Below are positions 41,841-50,677 of a DNA stretch of 64,000 bases, piece after piece; position 1 is the first letter of the stretch, and each line of letters begins with the position of its first letter. The notes below the pieces were generated by a model. It saw nothing but the letters and a program-made list of their open reading frames with translations. It did not search any database and was not told the origin of the DNA. A program made the translations under genes and the position numbers. The DNA is taken from the NCBI GenBank assembly GCA_021800535.1, contig JAJYYV010000001.1, positions 1,389 to 65,388 on the forward strand, written 5' to 3'. This DNA comes from a bacterium. GTDB taxonomy: Bacteria > Ratteibacteria > UBA8468 > B48-G9 > DTJG01.

Positions 41841-41936
41841 TTTGTTATAAACCTTATTATAGAGCGCATACAAAAGTTCAGACTCTGGCACTTTTGGATA
41901 AGAGGCACACTGGTTCAAATTGGTTGCACTTGCGGA
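41835..41936. repeat. 102-bp direct repeat, copy B (partner of 27142-27243); abuts and overlaps the tRNA-Ser 3' end by 4 nt
   Basis: See copy A. Ends ...ttgcacttgcgga, where cgga (41933-41936) is the tRNA 3' terminus. Confidence 0.85.
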
Positions 41937-42015
41937 GGGTGAGGGATTTGAACCCCCATGTCCAAAAAGGACGGCGGATTTCAAGTCCGCTGACTTACCG
42001 TTAGCCTAACCCTCC
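41933..42015 (-). tRNA. tRNA-Ser (anticodon UGA), type II with long variable arm
   Basis: The minus strand reads GGAGGGT-TA-GGCTAACGGTAAGTC-A-GCGGA-CTTGAAA-TCCGC-CGTCCTTTTTGGACAT-GGGGG-TTCAAAT-CCCTC-ACCCTCC-G. This gives a 7-bp acceptor stem, anticodon loop CTTGAAA (anticodon TGA), a variable-arm hairpin GTCC/GGAC, T-loop TTCAAAT, and discriminator G. CCA is not encoded. Confidence 0.85.
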
Positions 42016-42067
42016 ATTTATTTTCTGTTAATTTTTTTTAATTATAACATTTTTTTTAATAGATTTG
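41978..42067. repeat. Perfect 90-bp direct repeat, copy 1: tRNA-Ser 5' half (nt 1 to ~37) plus 52 bp of upstream flank
   Basis: 100% identical to 51590-51679 by manual alignment, including both T8 runs. Confidence 0.9.
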
Positions 42068-42128
42068 TTGTCTTAATTGGATTTTTTCACTTGAGAATTC
42101 CCTGTTGGTTTGCCACAGTGAGATTCAT

Positions 42129-42494
42129 TTATGATAAATACTTCAGAATTCTATTTCTATCTTCGTTTTCTTTATCACCTTTGTAATAAATCTCAATCAA
42201 TTCGATTTTATCTTCACTTTCGTAATATGAATAAATTATTCTTATTCCTGAACCAGCGCCCTTTCCTTTTAAGGATTTACATGCAAATTTTTTTACCTTG
42301 TAAATCTTTGGGGTTTTAACGCCAAAACCCGGAACCGGAAAAACTCCTCTATTATCAATTTTTAGTTTGTGGTACAAATTCAATTCATTCTTGATAAAAA
42401 CATTTAAATCATCTTCAATTGTTCGGAATTTTTTTTTGATTTTTTTAATGTCATTTTCAAACTCCGGTAGCCGACAAATTTCTTTAAATAGCAC
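42129..42494 (-). CDS. RelE/ParE-superfamily toxin-like protein
   Basis: 121 aa. C-terminal GIRIIYSYYESEDKIELIEIYYKGDKEN resembles the RelE/ParE YRIIY...HRKDIY core. Overlaps by 11 nt the stop of the upstream antitoxin-like gene. Confidence 0.5.
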   Translation of the reverse strand: MLFKEICRLPEFENDIKKIKKKFRTIEDDLNVFIKNELNLYHKLKIDNRGVFPVPGFGVKTPKIYKVKKFACKSLKGKGAGSGIRIIYSYYESEDKIELIEIYYKGDKENEDRNRILKYLS

Positions 42495-43272
42495 CGTAAT
42501 CTCTCATTGAATAAAGTTCTGTTCTATAAAATACAGATTCATATTCTATAATTTCTCCTTCTTTTGCCGTAAGCCATGGAACATCGTTGTGAGAATAATC
42601 ACTGATTTGTTTTGCATTCATATCCGACAAACGATTCAATACATTATCTATTAATTCTATTTCACTGGCTTTCAATTTTGTTAAATCAGGTTTCCTTAAG
42701 GGAAGATATTTCGCTTGGGGATAATTGAAATATTTACTTTGAATCTTTTCGATTTCCTTTTTTTCAATCATTCTATCTATAACCTTTTTAAATTCTATTG
42801 GTGTGGGTCCATGATGATTCTTCTGATATGAAGCGCCAATCAATTGTTCTTCATATTTTTCGTAATAATCAAAATCTATAAAATAGAGTAATTTATAAAT
42901 GACTGTTTCGCCAATATTAGGTTTTGAACCAACCTTATTAAGGATATACAAAAATACTTCTTGAAATTTCACAAGATTTTTTTGCGGCATGTTAATTCTT
43001 ATTTGTGGTTCTAAGTCTTTTCCCCGCTCTTTTTCTTCAAGAATTACTTTTGGCTGTTTATCAGGATTTAATAGACTATCAATGGGCATGTTAAATACTT
43101 TTGAAATTTTTATTAATTCCTCTGTGTTAACCTTTCTTTCTCCATTTTCTATCTGGGAAATTGCAGGTCTGGAAATGCCAATAATTTTGGCAAGATGTTC
43201 TTGCCGGATACCATTAAGTTCTCGTAATTTTTTTATTCTTTTTCCAAGATTCATTGCGATTGCCTCCATCAA
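42484..43272 (-). CDS. XRE-HTH plus Panacea (DUF4065)-domain antitoxin-like protein
   Basis: N-terminal HTH LGKRIKKLRELNGIRQEHLAKIIGISRPAISQIENGE. C-terminal VIYKLLYFIDFDYYEKYEEQLIGASYQKNHHGPTP matches the Panacea/SocA-like KLLYF...G.PL...Y....GPV signature. Confidence 0.55.
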   Translation of the reverse strand: MMEAIAMNLGKRIKKLRELNGIRQEHLAKIIGISRPAISQIENGERKVNTEELIKISKVFNMPIDSLLNPDKQPKVILEEKERGKDLEPQIRINMPQKNLVKFQEVFLYILNKVGSKPNIGETVIYKLLYFIDFDYYEKYEEQLIGASYQKNHHGPTPIEFKKVIDRMIEKKEIEKIQSKYFNYPQAKYLPLRKPDLTKLKASEIELIDNVLNRLSDMNAKQISDYSHNDVPWLTAKEGEIIEYESVFYRTELYSMRDYGAI

Positions 43273-43531
43273 AATTATTCAAACCATAATAATTATACCT
43301 AATGTTATATTTTCTGTCAAATTATTGTTGGATTATCTTACAAATCACCATAAAAGGTTTTTCGTAGAATTGCTTATTAAGAGACATACAATATGTAAAC
43401 TATGTGTTCGGAATATACCCTGTAAATTGATGAGGGATTGTGCTAAAATTTGCAGAATTGCATCCTTGACTCGCGCTCTACATATTCTTTGAAAAGCGAC
43501 TGCCTGTATGGGAAAAACAGGCGAAGTGGTG

Positions 43532-43570
43532 AATCTCCATGTCCAAAAAGGACGGAGGATTTCAAGTTCT
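43532..43570. repeat. Degenerate fragment of tRNA-Ser (variable arm plus anticodon stem-loop), same orientation as the intact gene
   Basis: ccatgtccaaaaaggacggAggatttcaagtTc differs from 41958-41990 by 2 mismatches over 33 nt. Flanking sequence is unrelated. Confidence 0.7.
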
Positions 43571-44047
43571 GAAAATATAACTTTAACCGGGAGTTTTCTC
43601 ATAGAATCATCTCTATAAATCCATTGAATAGCAAGGCTTTACATATCTTCATCAAAATTTATGATTTTTAATATAAAGACTATTTTTCGATGAATTCTGT
43701 CATACATTTTCCTGTCCGCTGTCTATTTGAAAACCTCAATAAAATTACGGCTTTTGACGGGTAATGGTAAACGAGAAAAAAGAAAAGCCGAGACATAAAT
43801 CGGCAATTTTAAGATTTTTGGCATTCTTTTGGCACTCTTTTTTTCTTGAAAATTCAGTAGGAAAATTATGAGATTCAGATAACGATAGTATTTTCAACCA
43901 GAATTCCTTTTTCCTTCATTATAGCTTGAGGTTAGGTTGACGGGTTGAATAAAAAAGAGCATACTATTTAAACATAAGGTATGAAAAAACAAAAATACTA
44001 TAGAGATGTTAATATTAATTTCATATTAACTGAATAAGAGGTGCGAT

Positions 44048-44248
44048 ATGACAAAAAAAAGAATATACGGTATTTACCCAAAGGATGAAGATAAATTCGC
44101 CAATGAGTATATTGCTGTTGTTGGGAATAAAATAGTATCGCATGGAAAAGAACCTGCGGAAGTGTTGAAAACGGCAAAGCAGATAGATAAAAATCCAGTG
44201 CTTACGAAAGTTCCTACTCGGGGCTGGCGGGAACAAATGATTCTATGA
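44048..44248 (+). CDS. Small hypothetical protein (66 aa)
   Basis: ORF with GAGG-like RBS (aagaggtgcgatATG). No motif recognised. Confidence 0.3.
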   Translation: MTKKRIYGIYPKDEDKFANEYIAVVGNKIVSHGKEPAEVLKTAKQIDKNPVLTKVPTRGWREQMIL

Positions 44249-44417
44249 CGGAAATCAAATTCAAGGGAAGAGAAGTTACTGTCAGGGGAATTGGTATGAA
44301 ATGGATTCCTTTGGCTCAGGTGAGAATAAGCAACGGGCTGAAGCAATTTTTTCAAAAATTTACATCTCAATTTTTTCTCTCAACCAAAGTGATAAAATAT
44401 TAAAAAAGAGAATCTCT

Positions 44418-45191
44418 ATGAAATTCTATACAATAGGCTACGGTAACAGAAAATCTGAAGAATTTTTGAATCTCATGAAAGAAAAAGATATAAAAGCAGT
44501 GGTTGATGTCCGTCTTCGATCGGATCATGCTCATTTGAGATGTTATGCAAAGGCAAAATATCCAGACAAAGGTATTGAATCTTTGTTAAAATCTGCCGGC
44601 GTTGGATATTTCCATCTTGTTGAATTGGGAAATATCTTCCTTGATTATGAAGACTGGGCTGATAGATATAAACAACTTCTTAAACTTGCAGGAGACTTAC
44701 TTATCCGGAAACTTGACCAAATTCCAACACCATTTTGTCTGTTATGTGCAGAAAAATATGTTGCTGAATGTCATCGTGGATTGATTGCAGAATATTTAGA
44801 AGAAAAAGGGTATACAACAGAACATCTCGGAGAAACCAATGAGTTTCCAGAAAAGAGGGAGAGAAGGACAATATCTCGTACTTATATCACCAGTATAAAA
44901 CATTATCTTGATGAAACAGGGGATATCGCTGAAGAAGTATTGATTTCGACTCCTGCATATAAAATGGCTATTTTTTTAACAGATATTGTTAATGCATCTA
45001 CACGAAAATTCCCGGCAAATGAAATCTTAACTACGGTCCAATGTAAACGTAGAGAGTGTCATGGTGATATTATAGTATGGTCTACCGACATCCAAAAAGA
45101 CATAAAATGGGAATGCGAGGAATGCGGAGATAATGGCTCCATCAATAACTGGCAAGGTACTAAGTGGGACAACACAAAAAAATTTGCTTAA
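44418..45191 (+). CDS. DUF488-family protein with C-terminal Cys-rich (zinc-ribbon-like) extension
   Basis: Start at MKFYTIGYGNRKSEEFLNLMKEKDIKAVVDVR, the characteristic DUF488 N-terminus. The C-terminus carries CKRRECHGD...WECEECGDNG. The longer ORF starting at 44301 is probably not used. Confidence 0.55.
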   Translation: MKFYTIGYGNRKSEEFLNLMKEKDIKAVVDVRLRSDHAHLRCYAKAKYPDKGIESLLKSAGVGYFHLVELGNIFLDYEDWADRYKQLLKLAGDLLIRKLDQIPTPFCLLCAEKYVAECHRGLIAEYLEEKGYTTEHLGETNEFPEKRERRTISRTYITSIKHYLDETGDIAEEVLISTPAYKMAIFLTDIVNASTRKFPANEILTTVQCKRRECHGDIIVWSTDIQKDIKWECEECGDNGSINNWQGTKWDNTKKFA

Positions 45192-45532
45192 ACACCGTGA
45201 AAAGCTGAACTCCTAAGGGTTTCCCCACTGGATTTTAAGTTCCACAATTATCAATTTTAACCGAGACTTTCTCCTGCTCTTAATTTCTGAAACCCATTGT
45301 CAATCAACGTTTTTCACAAGCGCTTAAGAAATGACAAATTTGTACAGAGAGCAGAAAAAACCACAGGTTTCTGGCACACATACGGCACACTTTTTCAGTC
45401 CACTCAACCCTTTAAAAATTAGATTTTTCCCGACTTGTTCAAGTCAAATTTCATAAAAATATAAGCATATGAATATCAATTAATTACAAATTAAAAAATA
45501 CACATTTGTCGCACTAACGGTAAAATATAGGT

Positions 45533-46321
45533 ATGTTTTATATCCGTACCGTTAAGACGGCTTCAAATTCTATAGCAGTGCAAGTAATCCGTTATCAAGA
45601 TAGAAAAAGGATTATAGTTAAGCACATAGGAAGTGCTCATAATGCAGAAGAAGTTTTATATTTAAAACAAACAGCAAATAAATGGATTGAAGAAATAACA
45701 AAACAAAAAAGTCTTTTCCCTTACAATGGAAAAGAAAAAACAAACCTTGTTGCAACTAATAAACTGAGAAATCTTGGGTTTAGATATACTTTTGCCTACG
45801 AAACAATCAGCAACCTTTTCCATTTTTTTCAATTTACAGGATTAGGAAATCAATTATTTTTAGATTTGGGTATAATACGCATTATCCAACCTGCATCCAA
45901 GATAGAATCTTTAAGGTTACTTTATGAGTTATTTGGAATTGTGCACAAAAGAACAGAATTATATCGTAGTATTCCTACCATTATTTCTTTAAAAGAAGAC
46001 ATTGAAAATAAAATTATAGCTGTTGCCCAAAAACATTTTGCTTTTGATTTTAGTATTGTATTTTATGATGTAACAACATTGTATTTTGAAACATTTAAAT
46101 CAGACCAAGATACACAGCAGGGAATAGGATTACGTAAAAAGGGATTTTCTAAAGATAACAAAATAAATCAACCTCAAATTGTCATAGGATTAATTGTAAC
46201 TTCTGAAGGATTTCCTGTAAGTTATGATATTTTTGAGGGAAATATTTTTGAAGGTAAAACTTTTCCACCATATTTTGCAGTAAATTTTTCATGGGTTTTG
46301 GCTTGTTGTGTTCTTTCCTGA
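45533..46321 (+). mobile_element. Truncated IS1634-family (IS4 superfamily) transposase gene; N-terminal ~245 aa only, so a pseudogene
   Basis: N-terminus MFYIRTVKTASNSIAVQVIRYQDRKRIIVKHIGSAH and internal YDIFEGNIFEGKTF (similar to PLSYEVFPGNTNDSKTL) match IS1634 transposases. The reading frame ends in unrelated sequence at the point where the opposite-strand REase gene begins. A full-length protein would be ~550 aa. Confidence 0.6.
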
Positions 46322-46791
46322 TAAATTTGTGTAATGTGGGAAACACCGCCGGCTGGTTTAATTTGCAATCCTATAAATTTATCTTTAATTTTTATGAAAA
46401 AGTCAACATTATATAATCTATCCCATTCATCCGGCGCTGGTTCTATCTTGACTTTAAGAATTTCTTGCAATTGGCCGTAAATTGTTTTTCTTTCTGTTTC
46501 ATACCCGTCAAAAGTTCTTTTGATAACAAGATTGATTATGAAATCTATACAATCTTGTTCTGTTACACTTTCAATCTCAGCCTGCAATATTTCTGTGATT
46601 TTCATAAATAATTTTCTTCCAAGGTCTATAAGGTGTTCTTTTGACCTGACATTGGCATAATAATATTTTCCCCAGTCTTCCATTGTTTTCGGGGAACATT
46701 TTCTTATTTCTTCTGCAACTTTTCCAACATTTCTTGAGAAATTTAACTGAAATCTATTTGTTGCACTATTCAAAATCCATTCCTTAGCCAT
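46222..46791 (-). CDS. Putative type II restriction endonuclease (PD-(D/E)xK-like), partner of the adjacent MTase
   Basis: 189 aa. 8-nt overlap with the upstream MTase gene. Candidate catalytic stretch YNVDFFIKIKDKFIGLQIK (D...QxK). Confidence 0.4.
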   Translation of the reverse strand: MAKEWILNSATNRFQLNFSRNVGKVAEEIRKCSPKTMEDWGKYYYANVRSKEHLIDLGRKLFMKITEILQAEIESVTEQDCIDFIINLVIKRTFDGYETERKTIYGQLQEILKVKIEPAPDEWDRLYNVDFFIKIKDKFIGLQIKPAGGVSHITQIYQERTQQAKTHEKFTAKYGGKVLPSKIFPSKIS

Positions 46792-48031
46792 ATCTTACTC
46801 CTGTCATTAATTTTTCAAAGGTATCTTTATATTTAAAGTTATACTTCGGAATGTTCGCCATCTTTTGTTTAATCAGTTCTTTATTTATAAAAATCTTGTT
46901 TTTGAGAAATACATAAGCAGGCATTACATTTTCATTTGGTTCAAATAAGGAATCAAATTTTAAGAATACCTGTTTACCTCTAACATATTCTTCAAGATAA
47001 TCTATAATCTTTTTTGATTGTTGTGGAATGCTGCTTACACCAAGAAATTTTACTTTAAGTCCTGTATCCAATTCAATGGTTTCTTCGTTTAAAATGTTTA
47101 TTACTTTGTATAACCGTTCTTTATCAAATTTGAATTTATCCGGGGAAATAATTGGTTTTGCATCTTTAATATTGGGAGTATAATCTATGTCATTTTCTAT
47201 TGAAATTGGATTATTTTGTTTTATTATTTCTGCTTTATGATTTAAGCTAAACAAGGTTCCATTCAGTCCTATTTTATTTTTTATGATAGGCAGAAATTTT
47301 TCATTTATTTCATAGCCTATGGAGTTCCGGTCTAAATTTAAAGCAGATTTAATGGTTGTACCGCTTCCTAGGAATGGGTCCAATACAGTATCTCCAACAA
47401 ATGAGAACATTTTAATTAATCTTTTTGGTAATTCTTCAGGGAACATTGCTTCATGTCCAACCTGTCTTTCTCCATTAAAGTTCCAATGTCCTGAGAAATA
47501 TTCTTTCCATTCTTCTTTGGTTAATTTTGATTTTTCTTTGGATACTTTAGAAGGTACAGTTTTCCCTGGTTTTTTGAAAATCAAAATAAATTCATAGTCT
47601 ATTTCCACTAGGCCATTAGGCGGATATGGATATGAACCCATTACACTTGCGCCACCTGTAGTGTTCATTGTTGTTTTTTTCTGCCATATTATAGAACCCA
47701 TATAATCAAATCCGATTTTTTCACATTGTGTTATAAATTCCGAGTGAAGGGGGGCTATTTTATATCTTCCGTAAATTATGCTTCTTAGAAACTGGTCGCC
47801 TGTATTTATGCATAATCTTGTTCCGGGTTTTAAAGTTCTGAAGCATTCTTTCCAGGCGAGAAATAAATCTTTAAGATATTCATGCAGAGATTGTCCATAT
47901 CCTATTTGGCCTTCAACACCATAATCCTTGATATCCCAATATGGAGGGGATGTTATAACTAAATCTACACTTTCATTTTTAATTTCAAGCATTCTTCTGC
48001 TATCACCAATTATTACTTTTGTGCTGACCAT
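46784..48031 (-). CDS. Beta-class DNA methyltransferase (N6-adenine or N4-cytosine) with C-terminal SNase/thermonuclease-like domain
   Basis: Motif IV VDLVITSPPYWD comes before motif I VLDPFLGSGTT, which defines the beta class. The C-terminal ~130 aa (LKVKFLGVSSIPQ...GKQVFLKFD...NVMPAYVFLKNKIFINKELIKQKMA) resemble the SNase fold VRLIGIDAPE...GK.V.L..D...DRYGRLLAYVYLDG..VNEELVRQGLA. Confidence 0.75.
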   Translation of the reverse strand: MVSTKVIIGDSRRMLEIKNESVDLVITSPPYWDIKDYGVEGQIGYGQSLHEYLKDLFLAWKECFRTLKPGTRLCINTGDQFLRSIIYGRYKIAPLHSEFITQCEKIGFDYMGSIIWQKKTTMNTTGGASVMGSYPYPPNGLVEIDYEFILIFKKPGKTVPSKVSKEKSKLTKEEWKEYFSGHWNFNGERQVGHEAMFPEELPKRLIKMFSFVGDTVLDPFLGSGTTIKSALNLDRNSIGYEINEKFLPIIKNKIGLNGTLFSLNHKAEIIKQNNPISIENDIDYTPNIKDAKPIISPDKFKFDKERLYKVINILNEETIELDTGLKVKFLGVSSIPQQSKKIIDYLEEYVRGKQVFLKFDSLFEPNENVMPAYVFLKNKIFINKELIKQKMANIPKYNFKYKDTFEKLMTGVRYG

Positions 48032-48267
48032 TACAATACCTGATTTATTTCTTTAATGGATTTTGCTTTAATAAATTTTTCTATTTAATTTTAACATTTT
48101 AAAAAGATTAGTGGAAATAAAATATAGTAAACTTCCTATTACTTGATATATTTTTACTTTGCAGAAGGTGGTAAAATTTTAAGTTACAGATGAAATTTTA
48201 TTGGATATTAATTAATAATAGATGATATAATTAATTCATTCTGTAAAAATTAAAACAGGAGATTTTT

Positions 48268-48942
48268 ATGGCTTTTTTAAATTCTTCTTTTTTTGTCGGA
48301 TTAACAACTTTCTTAGTTGCAATAACCGGTATGAGTGCTATATGGATTTATAAAAAGCAACAAAAAGATAGAAAAATGCAGGCAGCACGAGTTTTATTAA
48401 TGGAAATAAGAACCGCTGAGGAAAGGATTGAACAAATCAGAGATATATTATTAAAATTATTGCGTCCACCGGGTGTAAAAATAGTTGAAGTACCTGAATT
48501 CCCTATGGTTTTTCCAACTAAAAGCTGGAAAACTTATTCTTCTCTTTTTGTTAGCGACTTTGATCATGACGAATTTAAGTTGATAAGTTCATTCTACGAT
48601 TATGGTGAATTAATTGAAGATTTTGCTCGAAGAAATAATAATTTTTTCTGGATTACTACTGAAGAAAGAGCTCGGGTTACTCAACAAACAATTGCGGGCA
48701 CTATTGAAAAAGCATTTGATAAATTTAAAAATGATACTGAACAGGATATTGATAAACAACAAAATAAATATATTACTGAACATATAGATTTTATTTCGAA
48801 AAAATTAGATCAGTTTACTATTCCTTATGTACCAATAAGAACAATATCTGAGATTGATTCATATCTGAAGAAAATTCAAACTATAACAACATCAAGTTGT
48901 GGCATAAAATTAAAACGTATAGCAAAACTTGACAATTTATAA
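48268..48942 (+). CDS. Hypothetical protein with N-terminal TM helix
   Basis: N-terminus FFVGLTTFLVAITGMSAIWIY is a TM segment; the rest is soluble and charged. RBS AGGAG upstream. First gene of a four-gene plus-strand operon. Confidence 0.45.
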   Translation: MAFLNSSFFVGLTTFLVAITGMSAIWIYKKQQKDRKMQAARVLLMEIRTAEERIEQIRDILLKLLRPPGVKIVEVPEFPMVFPTKSWKTYSSLFVSDFDHDEFKLISSFYDYGELIEDFARRNNNFFWITTEERARVTQQTIAGTIEKAFDKFKNDTEQDIDKQQNKYITEHIDFISKKLDQFTIPYVPIRTISEIDSYLKKIQTITTSSCGIKLKRIAKLDNL

Positions 48943-48990
48943 TATAAAAATTTATGGAAATTTTTTGAAAAATTTGCTATAATTCATAAT

Positions 48991-50019
48991 ATGGATAGAG
49001 AAAAACTTATAAAGCAAATAGAAAATATTCGTAAATCCCGGGTAATAACTTATCTTACCAGTGATCGACAGGGGCCAATTAGTGCACGGATTGCTATGGA
49101 TGTCATTCCTTTAATTAGTAAACATCTTAGAATGATTGGTAAAACCGAAAATATAGATTTGTTTTTATATAGTGCAGGTGGCGATACAATGGTTCCCTGG
49201 CGTTTAGTATCAATGATGCGGGAATATTGTGATAAGTTTTCAGTCCTTATTCCATATAAAGCTCATAGTGCGGCAACAATGATTTCTCTTGGCGCAGATG
49301 AGATTGTTATGAGTGATCTTTCAGAGATTTCGCCTATTGATCCTTCAACTGCTAATATTTTCAATCCTCAGGACCCACATAACCCACAAAACAAAATTCC
49401 TATAAGTGTTGAAGATGTTATGGCTTATTTTGATCTGGCAAAAAATAAATTTGGCATAAAAAATGACGAGGACTTGGCAAGGGTTTTTAATAAATTTGTT
49501 GAGTCAAATCCACAAATCCATCCTTTGGCTTTAGGTAATATCAATCGTACGCATAACTTAATTCGTATTTTAGCCAAACGTCTTTTGAAAAGTCATAAAT
49601 TACCATTAAAAGAGGATGAAATTGAAAAAATTGTTGATTATTTCACGGAAAAATTATATTCGCACCAATACTTCATTGGTAGAAAAGAAGCCAAAGAAGA
49701 TTTAGGAGTTACAACCATTCAATATGCAGACAATATCTTATCTAAAGCAATGACTGATTTATATGAGGAGTACAAAGAAGAAATGGGATTGGGAATAAAT
49801 ATTTGGAATCCGGAGAATGAACTTGGAGTTAATGCTGTGCAGAATAGAAAAACCTATAAAATAGCTTTTATTGAAAGTGTCCAGTTATCAAACTTTTTTG
49901 AATCAATAATTGATTATAGAAAACAACAAGTTAATATTGTTCAACAAACCCCTCAAGGTCCAATTCAAGTACCGCAGGAACAGGTTGGGTTTAAAATTGT
50001 TGGACAAGGATGGAAATAA
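48991..50019 (+). CDS. SDH-family Clp-fold serine proteinase (S49-like)
   Basis: ITYLTSDRQGPISARIAMDV...LFLYSAGGDTMVPWRLVSMMREY...AHSAATMISLGADEIVMS...SPIDP follows the ClpP/crotonase-fold serine peptidase pattern. Confidence 0.6.
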   Translation: MDREKLIKQIENIRKSRVITYLTSDRQGPISARIAMDVIPLISKHLRMIGKTENIDLFLYSAGGDTMVPWRLVSMMREYCDKFSVLIPYKAHSAATMISLGADEIVMSDLSEISPIDPSTANIFNPQDPHNPQNKIPISVEDVMAYFDLAKNKFGIKNDEDLARVFNKFVESNPQIHPLALGNINRTHNLIRILAKRLLKSHKLPLKEDEIEKIVDYFTEKLYSHQYFIGRKEAKEDLGVTTIQYADNILSKAMTDLYEEYKEEMGLGINIWNPENELGVNAVQNRKTYKIAFIESVQLSNFFESIIDYRKQQVNIVQQTPQGPIQVPQEQVGFKIVGQGWK

Positions 50020-50023
50020 TACT

Positions 50024-50677
50024 ATGGATATAATTCAAAAACAATTGGCATTCTTCTTTAGAGATAGTTTTAAAGGAAGTTTTGAAGAACTGTCTCTAAA
50101 TATCAAAAAGAAACTTGGAGATAGTGAATCAACTCAATATATACCAATTTTCCCAAACGCCCCCTTAGAAATTCCTAGACTGGTTTTACGTTATAAAGAT
50201 TACGCTCTAAATCTTTCTATAAATAGAGCAGATATTTTAGTTACTAATGTTACTACATTAGATCATATGAAATCTGTGATAGATGATTTAATGACAGTTC
50301 TGACGGATACTTATAAAATCAATATTAATCGTATAGGATTCGTACAAAAAAGTTTTTTTGAATCTAATATAGGAAAATTACTTGATTTGATCGTAGAGAA
50401 AGAAAAATATAGCTCGGCGAAGGAACTAAGTATTAGAATAAATTTTCCTAAAGAAATAAATAAGTATTCCTGTAACAACATTGAGTCGTTAAATTTTGTT
50501 CTGGCGAATAAACTTGAAAATGGCAAGCAAGTCTCAGTACCGGGTATTCTTATAGAAAGAGATATGAACACTCTACCTGAAAAATGTTCGGAATATTTAT
50601 TTACCAAGGAAAATATACATGATCTTATTTCTGAAATAGCAAAAGAAATTAAGGATTCAATTCTATTAAAATTATAA
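50024..50677 (+). CDS. Hypothetical protein (217 aa)
   Basis: Start chosen at MDIIQKQ, 4 nt after the previous stop. The track ORF starts earlier at 49910 inside the previous gene. No motifs recognised. Confidence 0.4.
   Translation: MDIIQKQLAFFFRDSFKGSFEELSLNIKKKLGDSESTQYIPIFPNAPLEIPRLVLRYKDYALNLSINRADILVTNVTTLDHMKSVIDDLMTVLTDTYKININRIGFVQKSFFESNIGKLLDLIVEKEKYSSAKELSIRINFPKEINKYSCNNIESLNFVLANKLENGKQVSVPGILIERDMNTLPEKCSEYLFTKENIHDLISEIAKEIKDSILLKL

Noticed and set aside
42016-42067. T8 runs after the tRNA (ctgttaattttttttaattataacattttttttaat) read as a rho-independent terminator
   Set aside because: The tRNA is on the minus strand, so this region is upstream (promoter side) of the tRNA, and no GC-rich hairpin precedes the T runs. 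It is part of the 90-bp repeat, not a terminator.
42989-43602. ORFs 42989-43492 (+) and 43345-43602 (-)
   Set aside because: They are antisense to or overlap the XRE-Panacea gene and the non-coding tRNA-remnant region. They have no RBS or motif and show low-complexity translations.
44021-44370. Minus-strand ORFs 44021-44236 and 44074-44370
   Set aside because: They are antisense to the plus-strand small gene and the DUF488 upstream region. Their translations are Cys/Phe-rich nonsense typical of AT-rich DNA.
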